A stretch of DNA of 64,000 nt from an uncultured Lentisphaerales bacterium (GTDB lineage Bacteria; Verrucomicrobiota; Lentisphaeria; JABSQK01; UBA12247): contig CALSSJ010000013.1 of assembly GCA_943788985.1 (NCBI GenBank), positions 1 through 64,000 of the forward strand, read 5' to 3'. Under the pieces are notes generated by a model, which saw only the letters and a program-made list of their open reading frames with translations, made no database searches and was not told the DNA's origin. Position numbers and translations under genes: made by a program. Shown here piece by piece: positions 1-9,958 of this stretch (its first letter is position 1; every line of letters starts with the position of its first letter).

Positions 1-306
1 GATCAAGATGCCGAGTAATGAGGTGGCGTCGAACTTCTTACCAGTCTCGACGACGATGGCCTGGCAGCCTGCCTTGGTTGCCTGGATTGTGTGCTTCTTG
101 CCGCGCGATACTTCTGCAGTGGCCTGATCCCGGCCACGAGGTATGCCATCGACGGCAATGATCGTTCCGGGTTCGAGGGAGTTTATGGTGATGGTATCCG
201 AGGTGCCGCGCAAAATCGAGGCGCAGCCGGTTGAGGTCATGGCTGTGGTCAAGGTGAGAAGAAGGGCAATTGCTTGCGTCAAGAGGTGCTTGGCGGTCTG
301 TTTCAT
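1..306 (-). CDS. Putative lipoprotein with PEGA-like domain (3' end runs off window)
   Basis: Manual translation from ATG at 306: MKQTAKHLLTQAIALLLTLTTAMTSTGCASILRGTSDTITINSLEPGTIIAVDG...; signal peptide with TGC lipobox. Not in the ORF track because it is truncated. Confidence 0.65.
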   Translation of the reverse strand, partial: MKQTAKHLLTQAIALLLTLTTAMTSTGCASILRGTSDTITINSLEPGTIIAVDGIPRGRDQATAEVSRGKKHTIQATKAGCQAIVVETGKKFDATSLLGILI

Positions 307-1202
307 TCCGGTGGTCCTATTCGGGGTTTGTTTGGGGCGCGGCGAAGGTCGCCGAAAGCCGGGCTAAGGGGAGATCTCTTACTTGATGCTGGATCCACCA
401 GCAGAAATTTTATGTTTTTACTGCGGGCAAAGGGATGCGGTGGCCTGGCCTTACTCGCTGGATGACGGTAGCAGCGGGGAACGGAGCAGGGGACGCCGCG
501 TCAGTGACCACGGTGTGTCTCATGGCTGTGGAGCTGCTTTCAGCTCGCATCATCACAGGTACGTGGACCGATTCATCTGGACTCTGCTCGTGGTAAGGCG
601 ATCTTGCGGAGAACTCTCCACGCAGAAGTTGTGCCAAGGTGCTCTGATGGTGCTGATTCCTTCGTTGCCAGCGCCCAAACTGGGGCTTTGGGCCGCCTCG
701 TGCGGCTTGTTTCAGGGCCAGCAGCAGCGGCAATTGTCCTGGTAGCGAACAGCTTGTATGCTGCATCGAGAGTTGCGGACAGGGGGCGGCTGGTGGAAAA
801 AAGATTACAGGTCTGATATCTTTCTTGCGACTTAGTGAGTCGTGAGCCGTGCCGGCTGGCGGCGCTGGCCGACAGCAATTGCGTATTGCCCGCAGGCGGC
901 GCGCTCTCACTGGCCAAGTGCGAGAACGCTGGGGTCGGGCTCCGCGGCGCCTTCTGCGCCAACTTCTTCGCCATGAATGAGCGGATTCCTGTCCAGATCG
1001 CGGATATGGGGAGCCTGTCGAGTCTCGTTTTGACGTTGCGGTGTTTTTTGCGAGAGCCAGGATTCGCGGCCGGGATCTAGGCCCAAAATAAAGCAGCGAA
1101 CTGATCGATGAGTGAATCTAGCTCAGTGTGCCGCTGGCTGACGCGAATGCCTAGTTTGCAGAGGCGCGCGCGGAAGAGCGTGCTGCGATAGGCCGCGTAG
1201 AT

Positions 1203-1394
1203 CTACGCGGTGGCGTATGAGTCTGCCCTGGCTTTTTGGATGTGCAATTGGAGATTTGAGAGCTCGTGTCGAAGCAGTTTCTGCAACTGAGACACCTGGA
1301 CCGCGACCACAGCGCGGGCCCTTAGTTGCTCGGCTGTGTGCGCAGCCAAGTGCAGCCGGCGGTTGAGCTCGATCATGGTGGATTTGACTTCCAC
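1203..1394 (-). CDS. Small hypothetical helical protein, last ORF of the tad operon
   Basis: Starts 15 bp after the DUF192 stop on the same strand; a palindrome (ccgcgtagatctacgcgg) overlaps its stop. Confidence 0.3.
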   Translation of the reverse strand: MEVKSTMIELNRRLHLAAHTAEQLRARAVVAVQVSQLQKLLRHELSNLQLHIQKARADSYATA

Positions 1395-1409
1395 GGCTCC
1401 TGCAAATGG

Positions 1410-1745
1410 CTAGTCCCAGAGGAGGTGGTGGCCTACTTCTGTGCCGCTGTCGCGGATGACGCCAGCGGGGAGCTCGATGGCGAACTTTGCCCGGCGCTGG
1501 AGCACGAAGCGCCACGAGGGCAGGGCGTTGCGGAGTCCGCAAACCTGGTGAGTGGCATCCACGAAGAGGATGTCGATGGGTAGGCGCAGGAAACAGGTGT
1601 GCAAGCCACGGGTGGTGAAGATCAGGGCATCAGAGCCAGCCGGGAAGGTAGTGCGCAGCATCAGGCCGGAGAGCCTGAGCCAGAATGTGTCGGCGTGGAG
1701 CGGAGCGGTCGCCAAGCACGTATCGGTGTCGGCGTTATGAATCAC
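1410..1745 (-). CDS. DUF192 domain protein
   Basis: ADTFWLRLSGLM...LHTCFLRLPIDILFVD...IELPAG motif; commonly linked to tad clusters; overlaps the tadC stop. Confidence 0.85.
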   Translation of the reverse strand: MIHNADTDTCLATAPLHADTFWLRLSGLMLRTTFPAGSDALIFTTRGLHTCFLRLPIDILFVDATHQVCGLRNALPSWRFVLQRRAKFAIELPAGVIRDSGTEVGHHLLWD

Positions 1746-2617
1746 TGAAACTGCTGGGTGTAAAAGATCAGGATCGGCGCGAGCACGGTGATGATCACAG
1801 CAGGAAAGATGAAGATGATCAAGGGAAACAGGAGCTTGGTGGGGGCTTCGTTGGCCTTCTTCTCAGCGATGAAATAGCGCTTCTGGCGCATCTGGTCGCC
1901 GAGAATCCGGAGGATGTTTGAAATACTGACGCCAAGCTCGTCTGCTTGGACCAAGGTGTCGACCACGGAGCTGAGGTCGGGGTGGCGAACGCGGTGGGAG
2001 AGGGCGCTGAGGGCTTCGCGCCGGGTCTTGCCGAGCTGGGTCTCGCGAAAGACACGACGTAGTTCGACGCTGAGGGCGTCGTCGTCGCGGGAGGCAAGGA
2101 TGTCTTGGAGCGCGGTGAGGAAGTCTCGACCGGCTTCGACGGAGAGGGTGAGCAGGTCGAGGACGTTGGGCAGGGCGCGCTGGATCTCGATGTGGCGCTT
2201 GCGGATGGTGATGCGCAGCCAAGTCTGGGGAAATAGCGCACCGTAGATCATGAGTAAGACGCCGAAGAGCTTGTAGAATGTTGCCGGGGCAAGCATGAAG
2301 ATGAGCCCGAGACAGGAGAGGACGATGGCGTGGAGCATGGCGAGGGAAAGGTAAGTCCCGGCGTCTATGGTGTCATCGATGCCAGCCTGGATGAGCTTGC
2401 GATCAGTGCTCTCGGTGACTTTCGCCATGCGGGGCCGTCGGGCCAGGGGAAGGACGAAACCGACCAAAGGCATGAGCATGCGAAACATGATTGGCAGATT
2501 GGCGCGCTTGATCTGGCTGCGCTCAAACTTGACGCTGAGTAGAGCACCGGAGGCAGCCCAGCTGATGGCACCTGCCGCGAGGCTCCAGCATGTGGCGATG
2601 GCGAGATCTGCGCTCAT
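1742..2617 (-). CDS. tadC: Tad/Flp pilus assembly protein TadC (T2SS F family)
   Basis: LPNVLDLLTLSVEAG...QADELGVSI...AEKKANEAPTKLLFPLIIFIFP; ATG at 2617 overlaps the tadB stop (ATGA). Confidence 0.9.
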   Translation of the reverse strand: MSADLAIATCWSLAAGAISWAASGALLSVKFERSQIKRANLPIMFRMLMPLVGFVLPLARRPRMAKVTESTDRKLIQAGIDDTIDAGTYLSLAMLHAIVLSCLGLIFMLAPATFYKLFGVLLMIYGALFPQTWLRITIRKRHIEIQRALPNVLDLLTLSVEAGRDFLTALQDILASRDDDALSVELRRVFRETQLGKTRREALSALSHRVRHPDLSSVVDTLVQADELGVSISNILRILGDQMRQKRYFIAEKKANEAPTKLLFPLIIFIFPAVIITVLAPILIFYTQQFQ

Positions 2618-3516
2618 ATGTCGATGTTCACGATCTTGCGGGTAAAGAGGTAGCCGATGCCCTGCAGGATCATGCAAAGGATGAAGCAGGCGATGCCGAT
2701 CGGCGCCTGAAAGAAGCCGATGATCATCTTGGGACGGATGGCGAAGAACAGCAGGAGCATGAGAAAGGGGAGGACGGCAAGAAGTAGCCCCTGGAGGCGG
2801 CCTTGGGCAGTCAGGGATTGGACGCGTCGCTGGATGCGCCTGCGCTCGCGGATCATGTGGGCGAGACGTTCGAGCACACCGGTAAGGTCGCCGCCGGTGA
2901 TGCGCGCAGCGGCTATAGCGGAAGAGGTGAGTTGAAAGTCCTCGAGCTGAACGCGGCGTGCCATGTCACGCAGGGCGTCGTCCAGGGACATGCCGAGGCG
3001 GGTTTGCTGAATGACCATCTTAAACTCGACGCTGATAGGCTGGTGCCCCTGTTGGACGATCGCTTCGAGCGCTTGCTGGATGCTGAAGCCAGCTTTGAGC
3101 GAATTACTCATGCTCCCGAGGGCTTCTTCGAGTTGGTTGCCGAGCTTCTCACGCCGGCGTTGGCGCAGGATTCGTAGAATTAGTTTAGGCAGAAGCAGCG
3201 CGACAACGAAGACCACGGCGGCGGCGACAATGCCAGCGCTGATGTCGAAGCCCCGGCCCATGGCACCGACGACGAAGAACGCCAGGACACCGCCAAACGA
3301 GCCGAGAGCGGCGGCGGCAGAGATCAGCTGATTGGCCGGAAGCTGGAGGAGCAGCTCGCGGAGTTCCAGCTCTGTCTCTTCGAGCATGCGGCGACGCAGG
3401 TCCTCGCTGATGCGAATCACGGAGGCAGAAAAGGCGAAGGCACCGAATGCAGCTGCAAGGGCGAGCAGCAGGACGGAGAGCCTGTCGATGACGGATAGCT
3501 CGATTTCTGGAATCAC
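2614..3516 (-). CDS. tadB: Tad/Flp pilus assembly protein TadB (T2SS F family)
   Basis: QLEEALGSMSNSLKAGFS...TGGDL...LTAQGRLQG motifs; lies between cpaF and tadC. Confidence 0.9.
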   Translation of the reverse strand: MIPEIELSVIDRLSVLLLALAAAFGAFAFSASVIRISEDLRRRMLEETELELRELLLQLPANQLISAAAALGSFGGVLAFFVVGAMGRGFDISAGIVAAAVVFVVALLLPKLILRILRQRRREKLGNQLEEALGSMSNSLKAGFSIQQALEAIVQQGHQPISVEFKMVIQQTRLGMSLDDALRDMARRVQLEDFQLTSSAIAAARITGGDLTGVLERLAHMIRERRRIQRRVQSLTAQGRLQGLLLAVLPFLMLLLFFAIRPKMIIGFFQAPIGIACFILCMILQGIGYLFTRKIVNIDI

Positions 3517-5195
3517 ACGCTACCTTCGAACATGGACAGGTCAAAGCTGATGCCAGCGAGGCCGATGGCTTGGGCGAAGGTAGGGACCATGCCGCAGGCG
3601 GCGTGGGTGCCTTGGATGCGGCCGTCAGGATCTTGGCCTTGGACGGTGTAGGTGAACAGGTCCTGGGTGCTGATGACCTCGCCTTGCATCCCGGTGACTT
3701 CGGTGATGTTCATGACTTTACGCGTGCCGTCGCTGAGGCGGCTGATGTGGACGATCAGCGAGATGGCAGAGGCGATCTGCTCGCGGATGGCCCGCAGGGG
3801 CAGATCGAAGCCTGCCATGAGCACGAGTGTTTCCAGACGGGAGATGGCGTCGCGCGGTGAATTGGCGTGCACGGTGGTGAGCGAGCCGTCGTGGCCGGTA
3901 TTCATGGCCTGGAGCATGTCGAGGGCTTCGCCGCCACGGCACTCGCCGACGACAATGCGATCGGGGCGCATGCGCAGGGAGTTCTTCAACAGGTCGCGAA
4001 TCGCAATCTCGCCGCGCCCTTCGATGCTCGGGGGACGGGCCTCAAGGCGCACGACATGGTCTTGGGCCAGGCGTAGCTCGGCGGCGTCCTCGATGGTGAC
4101 GATGCGCTCGCCATTGGGAATGTAGTGGCTGACGACGTTCAACAGCGTGGTTTTTCCGGAGCCGGTGCCGCCGGCGATCAGGATGTTCTTGCGCAGCCGC
4201 ACGGCGACTTCCAGAAACCGCAGCATGGGATCGGTCACGCTGCCGTAACCTGCCAGGTCGTTGGCGGTGATTGGGGTTTTCGAGAATTTACGAATGGTGA
4301 GGGTGGGCCCATCGATGGCGAGTGGTGGGATGATGCAGTTCACCCGTGAGCCATCTGGGAGACGCGCGTCGACCAACGGCTGGCTCTCGTCTACACGGCG
4401 CCCAATGGGAGCCACGATTCGCTCCATGACCTTAAGAACCTGCTGGTCCTCGGCAAAGGCGAGGTCGGTCTTGCTCAGGATCCCAGCGCGCTCGACAAAG
4501 ATTTTATCGGCGCCGTTGACCATGATTTCGGTGACATCTGGATTTGCAAGCAGGTCTTCGACAGGGCCTAGGCCGACGGCCTCGTTGAAGATTTCGCGTT
4601 TGAGGACGTCGAGCGGGATCGCTGTGGGGATGTCTGTGCACTCGGCAAGCAGAGTCGAGATGGTGGTGCTGGCACGCTGGCGCACTTCGGCCGCGTCGGC
4701 GTCGGTCATGATTACGTTTCGCAGGTTCAAGCGGCTGATCAGGCAGTCATGGACGTCCTTCTTGATGCGCTGGGCTGCTTCGCGATGTTCGGCGGGAATG
4801 CCGGAGACGTTCCAAATGGGGACGTCGTCGTGCCTGGTGGGAAGCGCCGGGGGCAATGAGTTTGCCTCGGCGGGCACTCCGGTTTCGACTGGTGGCGGCG
4901 CGGAGCTCTTGATCCGAATGCGCAGGACCACGTCGCCTACGCGAATCTTTTCGCCAGGTGTGATGGTTTGCGGGTTGGTATCGAGCTGCTTGCCTTCGAG
5001 AAAAGTGCCGTTTCGACTGCCCGCATCGAGGAGTTGAGCGGTTTCGCCTGCCACGGTCAATATAGCGTGCCGCCCGGAGACTCCGGGTCGGTCGATTTGG
5101 ATATGGGCCGCAGGACTGCTGCCGATTCGGTAGCTGCCGTCGACCAAGCTGCCGATGGTCTCGGGTTGACCGGGAATCTGGATGAGAATTTCCAT
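3513..5195 (-). CDS. cpaF: Flp pilus assembly ATPase CpaF/TadA with N-terminal FHA domain
   Basis: Walker A GGTGSGKTT, TIEDAAEL, LRMRPDRIVVGECRG, MNTGHDGS; N-terminal FHA motifs VSGRHA and DAGSRNGT. Confidence 0.93.
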   Translation of the reverse strand: MEILIQIPGQPETIGSLVDGSYRIGSSPAAHIQIDRPGVSGRHAILTVAGETAQLLDAGSRNGTFLEGKQLDTNPQTITPGEKIRVGDVVLRIRIKSSAPPPVETGVPAEANSLPPALPTRHDDVPIWNVSGIPAEHREAAQRIKKDVHDCLISRLNLRNVIMTDADAAEVRQRASTTISTLLAECTDIPTAIPLDVLKREIFNEAVGLGPVEDLLANPDVTEIMVNGADKIFVERAGILSKTDLAFAEDQQVLKVMERIVAPIGRRVDESQPLVDARLPDGSRVNCIIPPLAIDGPTLTIRKFSKTPITANDLAGYGSVTDPMLRFLEVAVRLRKNILIAGGTGSGKTTLLNVVSHYIPNGERIVTIEDAAELRLAQDHVVRLEARPPSIEGRGEIAIRDLLKNSLRMRPDRIVVGECRGGEALDMLQAMNTGHDGSLTTVHANSPRDAISRLETLVLMAGFDLPLRAIREQIASAISLIVHISRLSDGTRKVMNITEVTGMQGEVISTQDLFTYTVQGQDPDGRIQGTHAACGMVPTFAQAIGLAGISFDLSMFEGSV

Positions 5196-5205
5196 GAGGC
5201 TGGGC

Positions 5206-5967
5206 TTACTGATCGCCGGTGGCGCGCGCTTGGTTTAGGCGAGACAGCTTCTTGGTGAGGTCGGTGAAGTTGATGCTGTTTGGGTCCTTCATGTAGACAT
5301 CATGCGGATGCCGCAAGGTGAGGCTCAGGCGGCCTTTCTGCGAGGAAAAGATGATCAGCTCGGCTTCGTCCGGCTTGAGGCTGAGCGTGACGCTGGAGTA
5401 GCCGCGACGGCCGCCCGCATCCCCGCCCATGGCCTGGCCGACTGCGAGAATGGTGACGTCCTGTAGCAAGGTATAGGTCACGGTATCGAGCTTGCTGCTG
5501 GTTTGATCGGGAAAGCGAAAGGTGCCGATGATATCCACGTGGTCGTTGGGCCTGACCAGACCGGCGACCGAGGAGACTGCGTCCACGGCGATGGTTACCG
5601 CGCGCATCTTGGGCTCGATCCTGTTTGCGAGCTGGCCACCGCGGATGCCGCCGGACAGTTCGAGATCCCGCAGAGTCAGGGGTTTGCTGGCGCGCACGGA
5701 GTAGGCGAGCCGCTGGCCGAGCACGTTCTGCAGGTCCTCGGGCTTCAATTCATGGCCGGTCATGTTGATCTTGTAGATCCGGAGCAGGCCGAGGTCAGAC
5801 CGCTTGAGCACGTCGCCCGGTACGAGATCCTTCTTCGGGGCCAGTACTTTGACCCGGGCTGCGCGTAGCTCTAGTTCATCGTAGCGCTTTTCGAGTTGCT
5901 GCTTGGAAAGCACGAATGCGATGATGCCGCAAAGTATGCTGATGCCGATCTGTGCGTATAGTTTCAT
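5206..5967 (-). CDS. cpaB: Flp pilus assembly protein CpaB/RcpC
   Basis: SAF-like N-terminal part, MRAVTIAVDAVSSVAGLVRPNDHVDII, LLQDVTILAVG. Confidence 0.9.
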   Translation of the reverse strand: MKLYAQIGISILCGIIAFVLSKQQLEKRYDELELRAARVKVLAPKKDLVPGDVLKRSDLGLLRIYKINMTGHELKPEDLQNVLGQRLAYSVRASKPLTLRDLELSGGIRGGQLANRIEPKMRAVTIAVDAVSSVAGLVRPNDHVDIIGTFRFPDQTSSKLDTVTYTLLQDVTILAVGQAMGGDAGGRRGYSSVTLSLKPDEAELIIFSSQKGRLSLTLRHPHDVYMKDPNSINFTDLTKKLSRLNQARATGDQ

Positions 5968-6173
5968 GCCTGCTTCCTAACTGATGCGCTGCAAATTTGG
6001 TGAGACTAACTATGGAGTGACCGGGTAGATTTTTCCAGTGCGTTGGCCCATTCGGCGGGAGATATATCGGGACGCGCCGTGGTGGAAACTGTGAATTGAT
6101 ACTTTCCTCGTTCTTGACTTCGCGCAGGTACCCGCCATAAGTAGGCGGCTTCGCCCCGCAGACAACACTATGT

Positions 6174-6497
6174 ATGAGCGCAATGAACGAGCAGGATCCC
6201 CGGCACCAGGAAGGTGTAGCGGTAAAGGAGCGTCCCGAGACGCGAAAGCCACCGATGTATCAGGTCATTATGCACAACGATGACTATACGCCGATGGAGT
6301 TTGTGGTCGGGGTGTTGCAGGTGGTGTTCAACAAATCAGTGCCAGTCGCGCATGAGATTATGCTTTCTGTGCACAAGGGGGGCAGGGGGATGTGCGGGGT
6401 GTTCCCGCATGAGGTGGCAGTTGCAAAGATGAATAAGGTACACAAAATGGCCCGTGCTAATCAGTTTCCGCTGCGCTGCAGCGTGGAGGCTACATAA
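6174..6497 (+). CDS. clpS: ATP-dependent Clp protease adaptor ClpS
   Basis: PPMYQVIMHNDDYTPMEFVV...FPLRC; directly upstream of clpA. Confidence 0.96.
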   Translation: MSAMNEQDPRHQEGVAVKERPETRKPPMYQVIMHNDDYTPMEFVVGVLQVVFNKSVPVAHEIMLSVHKGGRGMCGVFPHEVAVAKMNKVHKMARANQFPLRCSVEAT

Positions 6498-8800
6498 TGC
6501 CTGACGGACCACAAGTCAGTCCCGCGGCCCAGGCCGTTCTGAATTTTGCGGTGAAGACCGCGAGCGAGCACCAGCATGAGTTCTTAACGACAGAGCACTT
6601 GCTGTACTCGCTGCTGCAGGATATGGAGGCAGCCGAGATCATCTATGAGTGTGGGGCTGACCCCGCCGTGCTCAGTGGCGAGCTGGAGGAGTATTTCGCC
6701 GAGACCTTGGAGGCTGTCAGGCAGATGGATCAGCCGCCCGAGCAGACTGCAGGGTTCGAGCAGACCTTGCGCGTGGCTTTGATGCATGCGATCAGCAGCG
6801 AGAAGAGCACGATGGATGGCGGGGATTTATTGGCTGCGCTGTACCGCGTGCCGGATTCTTTCGCCGTGTATTTCTTGGAGAAGCAGGGGGTTTCGCGGTT
6901 GGACGTACTCAGCTACATCGCGCACGGGGTATCCAAGCGGGATGAAAGCGATCCAGAACTGGCCGGGGCAGGGGAGGGCAAGCCTGGCGGTAAGCCTAGC
7001 CCGCAGAAGGCGCTTGAGGCCTTTACCGTAAACCTGACCCAGATGGCACGTGACGAGAAACTGGATCCAATTATTGGGCGCACAGTGGAGCTGAAGCGCA
7101 CGATGCGGACGCTGTGTCGGAGGCGCAAGAACAATCCGTTGCTGGTAGGCGAGCCAGGTGTGGGCAAGACCGCAGTGGTCGAGGGCCTGGCGCAGATGAT
7201 TGTGCGCGGCGAGGTGCCGGACCGGCTTCAAGGGCACCAGATTTTTGCGTTGGATATGGGCTCGTTGCTGGCTGGCACACGCTACCGAGGAGATTTCGAG
7301 GAACGGCTAAAGGCCGTACTGGATGCGCTGTTGGCAGATGATAAGGCGATTGTCTTCATCGACGAGTTGCACACGGTGGTGGGCGCTGGCGCCACGCAGG
7401 GCGGCTCGATGGATGCGTCAAACCTGCTCAAGCCTGCCTTAAACTCTTCACTGCGCTGCATTGGCGCCACCACATATCAAGAATACAAAACGCACATTCT
7501 CAAGGACCGGGCGTTTGCCCGGCGCTTCCAGAAGATCGATGTCACCGAGCCATCGATCGAGGACACAATTACGATTCTCAGTGGCCTGCGTGGACACTAC
7601 GAGAAGCATTACGAGGTGACGATCGAGGATGACGCTGTGGAGACGGCGGCCAAGCTGTCCGCGCGCTATATGCATGATCGTTTTCTGCCCGACAAAGCGA
7701 TCGACGTGATCGATGAAGCCGGGGCCGCCTTCCTGCTCGCGGACCTGTCGCATGATCAGGCGCTGATTACCAAGGGCGACATCGAGGCGACCATCGCCGA
7801 CATCGCAAATCTACCGCCAGCGAATGTGACCAGTGATGACGCGAAGGTGCTGCAGACCCTTCCTGCGAGATTGAAGGAGCGAGTGTTCGGCCAAGATGCG
7901 GCTGTGGAGCGGTTGTCCAAGGCCATCAAGCTGTCGCGTGCTGGCATGCGGGATCCGGAAAAACCGGTTGGCAGTTTTCTGTTTACGGGACCGACTGGGG
8001 TCGGGAAGAGCGAGATGTGCAAGCAACTTGCGGAGTTGCTGAGCGTGTCATTCAAACGCTTCGATATGAGCGAGTACGCCGAGAAGCACACCATCTCGCG
8101 GCTGATCGGCGCCCCACCAGGATACGTCGGGTTCGACCAGGGCGGCTTGTTGACGGAGGCGATTATTAAGACGCCGTATTCCGTGGTGCTGCTCGACGAG
8201 ATCGAGAAGGCGCACGGTGACATTTTTAACGTCCTGCTGCAAGTCATGGATCACGGCACGCTTACCGATAACAACGGGCGCAAGGCGGACTTCCGAAACG
8301 TGGTGCTGGTCATGACCTCCAACCTGGGTGCGCGTGAAATAAACGCGAACCCGATTGGCTTTGCCGAGCGCTCTACGGAGGGCGATGAGTCCCGCGCCGT
8401 CGAGAAGTTTTTCAGTCCGGAATTTCGGAATCGCTTGGATGCTACGATCCACTTCTCGAGTCTCGATATGCCGCTCGTGGAACGCGTGGTCGACAAGTTT
8501 GTTGAGCAGCTCGGGGGGCGCATGCGTGAGCGCGGCGTGATCCTCAAGCTGAGTAAAGAAGCCCGCAGCTATCTGGCCACGAAAGGCTACGACCCGAAAC
8601 TTGGGGCCAGGCCGATCGCGCGGATCATTCAAACGGAGATTCAGGAACGACTCGTAGACGAGTTGCTCTTCGGCAGCCTGGTGAATGGCGGCACGGTCGA
8701 GGTGATCGTGGAAGCTGAGGCATTAGAATTCAAGGCATCTCCGCTCGAGATCGAGCAGGTCGTGAAACTCGAAGACGCTGCGAGCAGCGAGGAAGACTGA
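6497..8800 (+). CDS. clpA: ATP-dependent Clp protease ATP-binding subunit ClpA
   Basis: Two AAA+ modules ([16 protein letters not shown]), no ClpB M-domain, IGF loop (NPIGF), coupled to clpS. Confidence 0.95.
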   Translation: MPDGPQVSPAAQAVLNFAVKTASEHQHEFLTTEHLLYSLLQDMEAAEIIYECGADPAVLSGELEEYFAETLEAVRQMDQPPEQTAGFEQTLRVALMHAISSEKSTMDGGDLLAALYRVPDSFAVYFLEKQGVSRLDVLSYIAHGVSKRDESDPELAGAGEGKPGGKPSPQKALEAFTVNLTQMARDEKLDPIIGRTVELKRTMRTLCRRRKNNPLLVGEPGVGKTAVVEGLAQMIVRGEVPDRLQGHQIFALDMGSLLAGTRYRGDFEERLKAVLDALLADDKAIVFIDELHTVVGAGATQGGSMDASNLLKPALNSSLRCIGATTYQEYKTHILKDRAFARRFQKIDVTEPSIEDTITILSGLRGHYEKHYEVTIEDDAVETAAKLSARYMHDRFLPDKAIDVIDEAGAAFLLADLSHDQALITKGDIEATIADIANLPPANVTSDDAKVLQTLPARLKERVFGQDAAVERLSKAIKLSRAGMRDPEKPVGSFLFTGPTGVGKSEMCKQLAELLSVSFKRFDMSEYAEKHTISRLIGAPPGYVGFDQGGLLTEAIIKTPYSVVLLDEIEKAHGDIFNVLLQVMDHGTLTDNNGRKADFRNVVLVMTSNLGAREINANPIGFAERSTEGDESRAVEKFFSPEFRNRLDATIHFSSLDMPLVERVVDKFVEQLGGRMRERGVILKLSKEARSYLATKGYDPKLGARPIARIIQTEIQERLVDELLFGSLVNGGTVEVIVEAEALEFKASPLEIEQVVKLEDAASSEED

Positions 8801-8808
8801 ACATTCTT

Positions 8809-9933
8809 ATGCTGCTGCAACTGATCTTCTGGCTCTCGCTTGGGCTCCTCGCCTGGACCTTCGCGATCTATCCGGCGTTGGTGATTCTGATCGCCGGGCG
8901 GAGCTTTCGGCGCACTCGGGCCAGTTCGTACCGGCCGAGGGTGACTGTGGTGATGGTCTGCTACAACGAGGCCGCGCGCTTGCCGAAGCGCATTGATAAT
9001 CTACTGAACACGGATTATCCGCACGAGCTGCTCGATATCGTGCTTGTCTCCGATGGCTCGAGCGATGACACGGAAGACGTAGTGCAGCAGATCGGCGACC
9101 CAAGGTTGCGGTTAATTGCCCGCAGCGAGCGTACGGGGAAGGCCGGCTGCCTGAATGTAGGAGTCGAGAAGGCCAAGGGCGAGATCATTGTCTTCTGTGA
9201 TGCCCGCCAGACTTTTAATCGCCAGACCATTCCTCGTCTCATCGATCGATTCCCGCGCGATGGCAAGCGGATGCCGATTGGAGCAGTCTCCGGACGGTTG
9301 GAGATCGCCGAGGGCGGTGGCGGCATGGCCGAAGGGGTGGGGGCCTACTGGAAGCTAGAGCGCCGTCTGCGTGAAGCGGAAGGCATGCTCGACTCGACCA
9401 TCGGCTGCACCGGGGCTGTGTACGCAGTCCGCCGTGAGCTGTACCGGCCAATTCCTGACGACACGCTGTTGGACGACGTCGTGATCCCGATGCAGATCCT
9501 CTGCGATGGCAGCCGCGTGGTGCTAGAGCCATACGCGCATGCCTTCGATCCGCAGGAGCTGTCTTCGGACCGGGAGGAGAATCGCAAACGCCGGACTCTG
9601 GCCGGCAACGTGCAGATGCTTCTGCGCCATCCACAATGGCTACTGCCGTGGCGAAACCGGTGCCTGATTCAACTAATTTCGCACAAGTACATGCGCATGG
9701 CTGGCCCGTTCTGCCTGTTGGCCGCAGCCGTGACGAACGTCCTGCTTCTGTCGCACCGCTTTTACCTGTTGCTGGGGATTGTGCAGCTTCTCTGCTATGT
9801 CCTGGCCTTGATTGGTGCCCGTGGCGGTCCCAGACCCGCTCGGCTGGCCGCAAGCTTTCTGTTTCTGAACCTTCAGGTAGTCCGGGGAATCTACTACTAC
9901 TTTTTTGGCAACTGGCGCTCGGGTTGGAAGTAG
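8809..9933 (+). CDS. Glycosyltransferase family 2 (membrane-bound, cellulose-synthase/PgaC-like)
   Basis: SDGSSD, GKAGCLN, FCDARQ, LLDDVVIP motifs; C-terminal TM helices. Confidence 0.88.
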   Translation: MLLQLIFWLSLGLLAWTFAIYPALVILIAGRSFRRTRASSYRPRVTVVMVCYNEAARLPKRIDNLLNTDYPHELLDIVLVSDGSSDDTEDVVQQIGDPRLRLIARSERTGKAGCLNVGVEKAKGEIIVFCDARQTFNRQTIPRLIDRFPRDGKRMPIGAVSGRLEIAEGGGGMAEGVGAYWKLERRLREAEGMLDSTIGCTGAVYAVRRELYRPIPDDTLLDDVVIPMQILCDGSRVVLEPYAHAFDPQELSSDREENRKRRTLAGNVQMLLRHPQWLLPWRNRCLIQLISHKYMRMAGPFCLLAAAVTNVLLLSHRFYLLLGIVQLLCYVLALIGARGGPRPARLAASFLFLNLQVVRGIYYYFFGNWRSGWK

Positions 9934-9958
9934 CACCTCAGCGCTGGCAACGCACACG

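Noticed and set aside
310..1200. Overlapping ORFs of 60-166 aa
   Set aside because: No recognisable motif and no single convincing frame.
6114..6141. clpS promoter TTGACT-16-CATAAG
   Set aside because: The -10 match is too weak to call.
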